In this document: piece after piece, positions 54,742 through 64,000 of the stretch | Numbering within the stretch: the first letter of the stretch is position 1 | Layout: each line of letters opens with the position of its first letter | From: an uncultured Verrucomicrobiae bacterium | GTDB taxonomy: Bacteria; Verrucomicrobiota; Verrucomicrobiia; Chthoniobacterales; Chthoniobacteraceae | Reading direction: 5' to 3' | Assembly (NCBI GenBank): GCA_963828525.1 | Contig: CAWHEP010000002.1 | Location: forward strand, 384,001-448,000 | DNA length: 64,000 bases | The notes under the pieces: generated by a model | What the model saw: only the letters and a program-made list of their open reading frames with translations | Told to the model about the DNA's origin: nothing | The model's database searches: none | Program-made: the position numbers and the translations under genes

Positions 54742-56043
54742 ATGCCGTTACCTTTCCGATCCATGCTGTTCAAGGCAGCTTTGGCCTTGCTCCTGCAGGG
54801 GTTCTTTTTCTCCCGCTGCGTAAGCGCGGCGGAGGTCAGGGTTTCCATCCTGGAGAGCGGCGCGGTCGGAGATGGAAGCGCGCTTTGCACGAAGGCCATT
54901 CAAAAAGCAATCGAGCAGGCAGCCACGGCCGGAGGCGGAACGGTCGTCGTCCCCGAAGGCAGGTTTCTGACCGGGGCGATCTTCCTGAAGCCGGCGGTGA
55001 ACCTCTACCTCGAAAAAGGCGCGGTGCTGCTTGGTTCCACCAATATCGAGGACTACCCGAAGATGCCGACGCGCATCGAAGGCCACAGCCAGATCTGGCG
55101 GCCAGCCCTTTTGAATGCGTATCACGTGGATCACCTGCGCATCGGCGGCGAGGGGAGAATCCAGGGAGGAGGGAAGCCTTACTGGGAGGCGTTCTGGAGC
55201 CGGCGCAAGGCGGATGGGACGACCAAGAATCTCGATGTGGACCGCCCGCGGAATATTTTCATCCGGGATTCAAAGGATGTGAAGCTTGGCGGCATCTCAC
55301 TGCGCGATTCCGGGTTCTGGAATCTCCATCTATATAACTGCCAGCGAGTAGTGATCGAGGGACTGGACATCCAGGCGCCCGATCATTCGCCGAGCACGGA
55401 TGGCATCGATGTCGACAGTTGCCAGGATGTGGAAATCCGCGGCTGCCATATTTCGGTGGATGACGACAATGTTGCGTTGAAAGGAACGAAAGGGCCCCTG
55501 GCAATGCAGGATAAGGAGAGCCGGCCGGACGAGCGCGTCCACATTCACAATTGCACATTCGGGCTTGGGCTGGGCGTGCTCACGCTGGGCAGCGAGGCCA
55601 CCGTGGTTCGCGACGTGGAGATGGATCACTGCACGGTCAGCGGCACCGGCACCGGCGGGACCTGCGTGCTTCGGCTCAAGCTGCGGCCCGATACGGAACA
55701 GCACTACGAAAACATTCGCATCCACGATATCAAGGTGGACGGAGCCGGGGCCATTGTCCTGTGCGCTCCGTGGACCCAATACTTCGATCTGAAGGGAATG
55801 CCCCCTCCACTCGAAACGGTGAACGGGGTCTCGATGTCCAACATTACCGGGTCGTTCCGGATTTTCGCGAAGATCGCAGGCTCGCCGCGCAGCACCTTGC
55901 AAAACTTCACCTTCAAGGACATGGATCTGCGCCTAAGCCAGACCGGTTATATGATCAAAGGAGTGCAGAATCTCAGCGTGCACAACGTAAAGATCAACGG
56001 CGCGCTGCTCACGCCGCCAGGGATAATTGCACCCCCTAAGTAA
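54742..56043 (+). CDS. Secreted GH28 polygalacturonase-family protein
   Basis: GAVGDG...TKAIQKAI, FLTGAIFLK, PSTDGIDVDS, DDDNVALK, LGSE, RLKLR. Confidence 0.9.
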   Translation: MPLPFRSMLFKAALALLLQGFFFSRCVSAAEVRVSILESGAVGDGSALCTKAIQKAIEQAATAGGGTVVVPEGRFLTGAIFLKPAVNLYLEKGAVLLGSTNIEDYPKMPTRIEGHSQIWRPALLNAYHVDHLRIGGEGRIQGGGKPYWEAFWSRRKADGTTKNLDVDRPRNIFIRDSKDVKLGGISLRDSGFWNLHLYNCQRVVIEGLDIQAPDHSPSTDGIDVDSCQDVEIRGCHISVDDDNVALKGTKGPLAMQDKESRPDERVHIHNCTFGLGLGVLTLGSEATVVRDVEMDHCTVSGTGTGGTCVLRLKLRPDTEQHYENIRIHDIKVDGAGAIVLCAPWTQYFDLKGMPPPLETVNGVSMSNITGSFRIFAKIAGSPRSTLQNFTFKDMDLRLSQTGYMIKGVQNLSVHNVKINGALLTPPGIIAPPK

Positions 56044-56800
56044 GGAAGCGAAGCGGCGGGCCATCGAGCAAGGGCACGTCGTCTTTGAGGCGGACGCCGC
56101 TTAAGGCAAGCTGTGAGGATTGCGTGAGCAGATAGTGCAATTTACGGGCGGCTTCCGCCGGGGCGATGCCGCCGGGGCGGATGTTGGAAATGCAGTTTCG
56201 ATCCGCATCCGTTTTCCCGAGGCGAGGCCCGTAAGTGAAGTAGGCGCCCAGGCTATCCGCCGAGCCAAGCCCCGGGCGCTCCCCGAGCAACATGAGGCTG
56301 AGGCGCGCCCGGAGGATTTCGCCGATCTCATCCTGGAGGGCGACCCGCGCGTGGGTGGCCACCACGACTGGCGCCAGGGACCACCCGCTCCCGGCCAGAA
56401 GCGGGACGAGCGCGGAGAGAAGCGGCTCGCCTTGCGTCTGGGCGGCCAGCGTGGAAAGGCCGTCCGAGACGACGATGGCGATGTCGCAAGGCGGGGAGAA
56501 GGCGGCCCTATCGACCAATAGAGCGCGGGAGCCTGGGGAAAGCCGGCGGCCCAGGTCCGGCCGCTGGAGATATGCGGCGCGGTCCGCGGCAGCGCTGCTG
56601 AGCGAAAGAACCGGGAGACCCAGCGCGTGGCGAAGATTCGCCGCCAGGGCATCCGCATCGAAGGGCGCCAGCACAGCATCGCGGGCGCGGGCGTGCGCGA
56701 GGTGAAAGGCGAGCCGCTCGCGGGTGAGCAGGCTCCCGCCCGTCCGGCCAATCGCGATGCGGGCCGTCGTCAGGTTGCGCAGCGCATTCCAGGAATCCAT
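56036..56800 (-). CDS. eutC: Ethanolamine ammonia-lyase small subunit
   Basis: TTARIAIGRTG, HARARDAV, YLQRPDLGRRL, DGLS, GERPGL, DADRNCISNI. Confidence 0.96.
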   Translation of the reverse strand: MDSWNALRNLTTARIAIGRTGGSLLTRERLAFHLAHARARDAVLAPFDADALAANLRHALGLPVLSLSSAAADRAAYLQRPDLGRRLSPGSRALLVDRAAFSPPCDIAIVVSDGLSTLAAQTQGEPLLSALVPLLAGSGWSLAPVVVATHARVALQDEIGEILRARLSLMLLGERPGLGSADSLGAYFTYGPRLGKTDADRNCISNIRPGGIAPAEAARKLHYLLTQSSQLALSGVRLKDDVPLLDGPPLRFLT

Positions 56801-56801
56801 T

Positions 56802-58200
56802 TCAAGCGCCGGCGGCCAGCGAGTGCAGGTGCGGCGCCAGGAGCGCGTGCCCGGCGCCGGCAGTTTGCAGGCGATTGCCCCCGCTCATCAGTTTCATTTC
56901 CTCGAGCCAAGCCTCGAATTCCGGGGCCGGCCGCAACCCGAGCGCCTGGCGCAGGTAGTGGCTGTCGTGGAAGCTCGTGGACTGGTAGTTCAGCATAATG
57001 TCGTCGGCCCCCGGCACTCCCATGATGAAATTGCACCCGGCCACCCCCAGCAGGGTCAGAAGCGTATCCATGTCGTCTTGATCAGCCTCGGCGTGATTCG
57101 TGTAACAAACGTCGCAGCCCATGGGCAGGCCGAGCAGCTTGCCGCAAAAATGGTCCTCCAGACCCGCGCGGATGATCTGCTTGCCGTCGTAGAGATATTC
57201 CGGGCCAATGAAGCCGACGACGGTATTGACCAGCAGGGGCTGGAACTCGCGCGCGACCGCGTAGGCGCGCGCCTCCGCCGTCTGCTGGTCGATGCCATGG
57301 TGCGCCCCGGCGGAGAGGCATGAGCCCTGGCCAGTCTCGAAATACATCACGTTTTCTCCCACCGTGCCGCGATGCAAAGAGAGCGCCGCTTCCCGGCCCT
57401 CGCGGAGCAAGGCGAGGTCGATGCCGAAGCTGCGGTTCGCGGCCTCCGTGCCGGCAATGGACTGAAAAACCAGGTCGACCGGGTCGCCCGTCTCGATGCA
57501 GCGCAACGTGGTGGTGACGTGGGCCAGGACGCAGGACTGGGTGGGAATCTCATACTCGGCAATAATGCGGTCCAGCAGCCGGAGGAGCGCGCCCGTGGCG
57601 GCGGGGCTGTCCGTCGCGGGGTTGATACCGATCACCGCGTCGCCGCAGCCGTACATGAGCCCGTCGATGATCGAGGCGGTAATGCCGCGGATATCGTCGG
57701 TAGGATGGTTGGGCTGCAAGCGGACAGACAGCTTTCCGGGCAGCCCGAGGGTATTGCGCAAGCGGGTGATGACGCGGATTTTCCCAGCCACCAAGATTAA
57801 ATCCTGGTTTCCCATCAACTTGCTGACCGCCGCCGCCATCTCCGGAGTAATGCCGGGCGCAACCGCGGCCAGCGCGGCCGAATCCGTCTCGTAGCGCAAC
57901 AGCCAGTCGCGGAACTCGCCGACGGTGAAGTTGGAAATGGGGGCGAACGCTGCCGCGTCGTGGTGATCCACAATCAGCCGCGTGACCTCGTCCTCCTCAT
58001 AGGGGACGAGCACCTCTTCGAGAAACTGCGCGAGCGGCACCTCCGCCAGGCGGAGTTGCGCAGCCACCCGCTCCTCCGCATTTGCCGCCAGCCGTCCCCG
58101 CGAGTTGGTCTCCGGAGCGAAGCGGACTGGCGCGAGCCAGGAGCGTCTTGAGATCGGGAAACTCGTGGTGCCTGCCGCCGAGCGTAAGCCGGTAGACCAC
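56802..58200 (-). CDS. eutB: Ethanolamine ammonia-lyase large subunit (frameshift near N-terminus)
   Basis: ASPLRSGDQLAG, RLQPNHPTDD, GDAVIGINPA, YFETGQGS, VVGFIGPEY, CYTNH. Confidence 0.97.
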
Positions 58201-58205
58201 CGGAT

Positions 58206-59732
58206 TTAGGCCGGTTCGATCCCGAAATCGGGTGCAGGCGCCACCGCTACCCCGCCGGTCGAGAGCACCGGCGGCCCGGCGAAGGCTTTCCGGATGCCGG
58301 CGAACCAGCCCACGAACAGCAGCACGACGATCCCGCCCAAGGCCATCAGCGCCGGATCATTCGGGGGTTGAATGCCGGCGTAAATAATCAACAGCACGCC
58401 CAGCACGGAAATCACGCTGACCAGGCGGTAAATCACCGGACCGAGATCGAACGGCCCCATTTTCGTCCAGGTTTTGCCATAGGCGAAAAAGCCTACGATG
58501 GCCGGCATGACATACGACATATAAAGGAAAATCACGCACGCCGCGGTCAAGGTCGTGTAGGCTTTCGCATAGGCGGTCGAGGCAATCACCATCGCGGCAG
58601 TGCACCAAATGGCCGGAGCGGGAACGGTGTGCCGGGCCGAGACCTTGCGCAGCACGGAGGGGAGCCCGCCATCCCGCGCGAAGGCGTACATCATGCGCGA
58701 GGTGGACGTCACGCAGGCGAGGCCGCAAAGGTAGTTCGAAATTACGATCCCGATTTCCAGCGGGATTTTCAGGCCGTTCGGAATGACCTGGTCCATGAGC
58801 CAGAAGAAGACATTCGAGCCCTGCTTGGCGCCATCCGCGATATTCGGCAGCGCGATCACAAAAGAGATCACCATGACCCAGCCGAAGATTCCGGAAAGGT
58901 AGACCGAGCGCAGAATGCCCTTGGGCACGTTGATGGCGGCGTTAACCGTTTCCTCCGAAGTATGGGCGGAAGCGTCGAATCCGGTAATGGTATAGATCGG
59001 CCAGAGCATGGCGAGCAGCAGCACAAAAGCGGGGTTGGGACTGGCTGGCCAGGTACCGCCGCCGGGATCGCCGGTCACATTGGAAAACTGGAAAAGGCGC
59101 GAGAAATCATGCGTGTGGGCAAACGCGAACATGGCCACGATCAGGAGCACCGAGACAAAAAAGATAAGGTAGCCGCTCAGATCGGTTAGCAGGGTGGTGA
59201 CCTTGATGCCGAGGTGATTGAAGAGCGCCTGTGAACCGGTGATGAGCGGCAACGCCGATAAGTTGGTGGACCAGAGTGAGCTTGGATGGATCAACGCCGA
59301 ACAGCGGCAAGACGATGCTCGTGAAAAGCGAGTAAGCGCCGACGTTTACCGCCGCGGTGACGAAGATGAGGCCCGAGCAGATTGAACCATGCGGTGGCCC
59401 AGCCCCAGCCTTTGCCGCCCAGGATGGAGCTCCAGTGGTAGAGACCGCCCGCCGTTGGGATACGCGGAGGCAATCTGCGCCATGGCCAAGGCCACCAACA
59501 GGCTGAAAACGACCCCACCGGCCAGACAATGCCGGCGGCCGCTCCGCCGACCGCGCAGACGCCGAGCTGCAGCGAGGTGATGCCGCCCGCCAGAATGCAA
59601 ATGATGGAGAACGAGATGGCGAAGTTTGAAAAACCGCTCATCCGCCGTTCAAGTTCCTGCGCAGTAGCCGAGGCTTTTGAGCAACGCCACGTCAGAAGAG
59701 ATGTCACTGCTTTCCGAATCCGTTGTTTTCAT
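58206..59732 (-). CDS. Amino acid/amine permease upstream of eutBC (frameshifted)
   Basis: QELERRMSGFSNFAISFSII, PTAGGLYHWS, TGFDASAHTSEET, SRMMYAFARDGGLP. Confidence 0.88.
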
Positions 59733-59883
59733 AATTTAGTGCCCAACGGGAATTTCGGCCTAGCATGTTCCGTGCACTCCTTTCCGAAGAGAAAGGCGGA
59801 TGTGTTCTCAAGTGCTCATCCTTTCAGGACACTTACCGCCGGAAATTAGGCGACGTTGGACTTTATCCGTGCCGCTAGACCGT

Positions 59884-60954
59884 TCAAAAAAAGTCAAGGT
59901 GGGTAAATCGGGGCATCGCGTTATGACATATGGCAGCGATTTCAGTATCGACGAGAAGCGTGAGGTCGAAGTACTTCGATCCGACCCCGCCGACATTCGC
60001 CTGCGAGGAATAAAGACGAAGGTTCTGGCCGATCTCGTAGCGGTCGTGCGTTAAGGGATCGATGGGCCAGTTATACCAGTAGCAGGCGCTGCGGAAAGTG
60101 GTAGTCGCGCGGCTGCCATTCCTCCTCGTCCAGCGCCGGGCAGGTCGTGATCCACGACTGTCCCGTCAGAATCCCGGCCGATGGCCACGATATGCATTGA
60201 GGTAGGTGTTGAAGTGAACGACTGCGCTGTCCGTGCCGCTCGAAGACCGGGGCTTCGACGCCGCCCAAGCCGCGCTCCGTCCAGGTCCGCCGCTCCATTT
60301 TACCCAGGAACCGGGCGCCATGCTCGGGCTGACCGGAGCGAGCACGTTCATCTCCTGCGCGATGCGTTCGCCGCTGCGGGCATCGACCCATGCTGTCATA
60401 TAATACAGGTAGAAAAAGCCATGCGGCCGGTCGACGAAGAGATAAGTATCCCCGCAGCCGAAATCGACCAACCCTGCGCGGGGGCTGCCGGCGCGCGTCG
60501 GGTTGGTGGTAACAATGTCGCCTTCGTAGTGCCAATGCGCTCCTTGGTCGGACGAGGTGGCAAGCCCAATGCGGCGCCGCCAGAGAAAAGCCTTTCGCGG
60601 AACGTGGTAATGATACTCGATATGGATGATCGCGCAGTATTTCCCCGAGGCATCTTTCCACATGCCTTGCGTCCAATATGCGTCATCCCCGTTCGGCTGG
60701 TTAAAGGAGGCATCGCGCAGCGCTTCGGGCAGCGCGTGCAGATGGTCGAGATCGGGCCCGGCAAACCGCCGCCAATGGGGCCAAAGAGAAGTTTGCACGC
60801 GCAGGGTCGTGCCATCCTGCACCACGCCGGCATCGGCGTCTTCGTTATTGAATTGCGGGGCGGGTACGTCGGGTCCGGCCGTCCAGGAAGCCGCCCGCCC
60901 TGCGCCGCGGCGCCAGAACAGGCGGCGGCGACGCAGCAAGCAGAAGCGGCGCAC
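59884..60954 (-). CDS. Secreted hypothetical protein with an Asp-box (possible beta-propeller glycosidase), frameshifted
   Basis: HIEYHY, IGLATSSDQGAHW, GCGD, VHFNTYLN; continues as DPLTHDRYEIGQNLRLYSSQ. Confidence 0.5.
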
Positions 60955-60960
60955 CGATTT

Positions 60961-61906
60961 CTAAGTGGGCCGGGCCGCCTTGTGCCCGGTAAGTGCGCGA
61001 AGATGGAAGCGGCGGTGCGCCAGAGCCAGAAGAGTACTTCGTATTTCCAGCGGACGAGCCGCGAGCCCTTCGGGTTGAAATGCTTGAGGTAGAATTGCTT
61101 CGTCCCGGTGAAAAGCGCCTTGGACATCACCTTGTAGTTCTTGCTGGAGCTGCAGCCTTTCAGATGGATGACGGAGTGGCGCCCGTCGTAAACGATCTTA
61201 AATCCCTGCTGGCTGCAGCGCAGGCAGAGATCGAGATCGTCGCCATACATGAAGAATTGCATCGTCGAAGGCGCCGATGCGAGGTGAAAACCGAGCCGCC
61301 GCATCATCATGAATGCGCCGTTGACTGCGCCCACCGGATAAGTTTCGTCTTCTGGCAAATAAGTCAGGTTATAACCGGCGAACCATTTTGACGTGGAAAG
61401 AGGCGGTAGAGGCCGAGGCCGCGCGTCACCCCGTCCCACACGGTGGGCACCGAGCGGCGGCAGGCCAGATCCATCTCCCCATTCGCCAGCACCAGCTTCG
61501 GCGAGATGATGCCGATCTCGGTTCGTCCCGCACCCGGGCCAGGCAATGTTCCAGCGCGGCGCGGTTCAACTGCGTATCCGGATTCAGGAACAACAAATAC
61601 TCTCCCCGTGCTGCGGGCGAAGCCGATATTATTCGCCGACGCCGAAGCCGCGATTCCGCCCGCCGAAAGAGCGGTCGACCTGCGGGAAATTGCCCGTTCA
61701 CGAATTCAAGCGTGCCATCGGACGGAGGTATTATCCACGAGGATGACTTCCACCGGGCTGCCCGAATAAGTCGGCCGGCAAGCGAATCCAAGGCACCCGC
61801 CGATCTCCTGCCGCGAGTTATAAGTCACGATAATGATGGAAAGGATGCCGGGTGCGGCTTTCTCCTGCGGGAGCAAGGCGTCTGCGGGTGCTAGTTGCTC
61901 AGGCAT
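60961..61906 (-). CDS. GT2 glycosyltransferase (WbbL-like), frameshifted
   Basis: SIIIVTYNS, VILVDN, GEYLLFLNPDT, AVNGAFMMMRR, FMYGDDLDLC, VIHLKG. Confidence 0.88.
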
Positions 61907-62962
61907 TCGTAAACCTCCCGCGTTTCGCGAAGCACCGCCTCGCGCGAGAATGCGTGCAAGAAATCCATTGCGATCCGGCGCGGGCGCGGCAAGCACAGCG
62001 CAATGCCGGCCGGATCGAGTCAACGGAGAACGGGTCGCAGAAGACGGCGTGGCCTTCGTAAAACTCGCTGCGTGTAGGGCGTATCGCTAATGCAGACCTG
62101 CGCGCCGCAGGCGATCGCCTCCAGCGCGGAAAATCCGCACGTTTCAAAATAGCTGGCCAGGATGGCGGCCTTCGCGCGTGCCGGTAGGCGGCGGCCAATT
62201 CCTCCGGGGGAGACGAAGCCGCGATATTCCACCCAGCCCGGTTCCAGTTCCCGTCGTACCGCCCGCTCATAGCCGGGATGCGCCCCGCTCATGCTGCCAA
62301 AGAGGAGCAGCCGAGTGGCCCGTTTTCCCCAGCGCTTTGAAGGCTTGGATGATGGCAGAGCTGGTTTTTGCGCGGTTCGATGCGGCCCGGCACAGAGGAG
62401 TCCTGCCGCGCGGAGGGAGTGTCCGAGCTCCGGCGCGGAATCGAAGAGCGGATGCATCACGCGCGCGGCGCGGGGCTCGACTCCGAGCTCCTGGCGCATG
62501 GTCTCGAGCTCCGCTTGGGAATTGGGCGCCACCATGGCGACCCCGCCGATGACCTCCCGCTGCAAGGCGCGATAGCGCAGCGTGGCATCCGGGAAGACAG
62601 GCTGCCGCGAGCGCCGCGCGTAGTAGAGTTCCTTGGCCGCCATGTATTTCCACACCGGGAAGAGCGGCACCTTGTAAAGCCGCGAATAGAAGCGCGCCAT
62701 TTCCTGCATCGAGTGCCAGATTGGCGTCAGCACCACCGGCACGCCGCGCCGTTTCGCCTCGCGATATTGCAGGCAGGTTTCGTGGATGCGCGTCGTATTG
62801 AAAAGATGAACGGCATCATGCCCGGCGGCATGGGAGCGAGCCCCGGAGAGACGACGCATGGAAGCCAAGCTCTTCCAGCGTCTCCCGCGTCCGCAGGAGC
62901 TGCACGTAATCGCCGCCCGGGTATTGCTTCACGTCGGCGCGGATGCGGAGGAGCACTTTCAT
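61899..62962 (-). CDS. GT4 glycosyltransferase, frameshifted
   Basis: PGGDYVQL, VHLFN, PVVLTPIW, PNSQAE, RIEPRKN, SYFETCGFSALEAIACG. Confidence 0.85.
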
Positions 62963-64000
62963 CGGCCCCTCCTGCGACGAGCTGCGCAGCACCTTCCGGC
63001 GGCGCCGGCGGCGGGAGCATGGGGGATCATCGATCGGATCGCTCGGCGGCGCCGAGATGGCGGCGCTCACGTATCCGCAGGCGAGGAAGAGCGGCAGGCA
63101 GCCCATGAAGGTCAGCGATTCGCGCACGATGCCCTCGCCGATGACGAAGAGCAGGCAGATCACGATCACGTCCATGCCGGCGAAATCGTGCGTTGTTCCG
63201 GCCCATCCAGAGCACGCGGAAGAAGTAGAGGCCAATGGCGAGCGCACCGGCGATGCCGAGATGGTAGGTATCCCAGAGGAATTGGTTATCCGCCCAGTGG
63301 AACATGGGCGCGATGCCCGGATCGATCTCCGAGCCGAATGGGCCCGCCGATGACCAGGATGATCGGGTCCTGCTCGAACGCGGCCAGCATGTTCGTCCAG
63401 TTATCGTCCCGCATGTAGGCGCTGCGTGAATCGCCCACGCGGGATTTCCTGAAGAATACGCCGCTGATTTCGTCCGTGAGCTGGCCCACCCCGGCGAAGC
63501 TGATGATGAGCGCGATGCCAACCCAGGCCAGCACGTAGGCCTTGGCCCAGCGGCGGGTGAGGCGTTGATCCAGCATATAGACCGCCGAGATCACTGTGCT
63601 GGCGAAGATGCCGAAGAGCGCCGAGCGACCGCCGGAGACCACCAGCATGATCGCGAAAACCCCGGCCCAGACGAATGCGGCCACCCGTTGCCAGATCTCG
63701 CGGGTAATGCTGGCCCAGGCGAGGCCGAGACCGCGCTCATGGCCATGAGATTCGCAAAGGAGAACACGTCGCGCTGGAGCCCGCGCACGCGGATATCCCC
63801 GTGCAGCTTCATTTCCTTCACCGTCTGCACGCCGAAGAGGGTATGCTCGTTCCAGGTGGGGGCGGTGGAAAAGAGATAGTGCCCCGCTGCCACTCGTAAG
63901 GCACCCACGGTCGCCTCCAGCAACAGCTCCGCGAGGGTCAGCGCCGATGAGGATGCCGAGCCATTGGTTCCAGTTGCGGATTCCGGAAGGCGAAGATGCC
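62959..64000 (-). CDS. Multi-TM O-antigen ligase/polymerase-like protein, 5'-truncated and frameshifted
   Basis: RVRGL...FANLM, SGGRSALFG, DSRSAYMR, ADNQFLW...GIAG; next to GT genes. Confidence 0.6.

Noticed and set aside
59762..59778. Sigma54-like GTGCACGGAACATGCT upstream of the eut permease
   Set aside because: Lacks the invariant GG at -24; would count only if a base error is shown
60396..61439. Apparent extension of GT2 into the downstream gene
   Set aside because: Frameshift-dense region; the extension is mostly off-frame sequence

Overview
GC-rich bacterial chromosome segment. The gene set (DUF4032 protein, ECF sigma plus modular Ser/Thr kinase, short SigA, GH28/GH53/GH92) suggests Verrucomicrobiota, possibly Chthoniobacterales; this is an inference. 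Many genes carry 1-bp indels, mostly at 3.9-19.5 kb and 58-64 kb. These look like long-read errors, so coordinates of such genes are approximate. Housekeeping genes: glnD, a sigma54 response regulator, pgi, pyrRBC, mrp, rpoN, nadC-birA, coaX, hemB, manA, a SigA-like factor and comM. Accessory content: (1) a methylamine/N-methylglutamate cluster (mgsABC, gmaS-like) with a single-subunit SolA/MSOX-like oxidase lacking the FAD-binding Cys where mgdABCD would be expected, linked to an APC permease and an XRE regulator by a shared operator-like motif; (2) permease-eutB-eutC; (3) an AT-rich islet at the comM 3' end with a GH108 muramidase and an LprI-type inhibitor gene interrupted by an intact IS5; (4) a 167-bp MITE with a 7-bp TSD inside a small secreted-protein gene; (5) a DUF4160/DUF2442-like pair; (6) glycosyltransferase genes at both ends. 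Cis elements: a PyrR hairpin overlapping the pyrR SD, back-to-back sigma54-like promoters at rpoN, a sigma54 promoter at the APC permease, and a structured leader upstream of nadC. No rRNA, tRNA or CRISPR was recognised.
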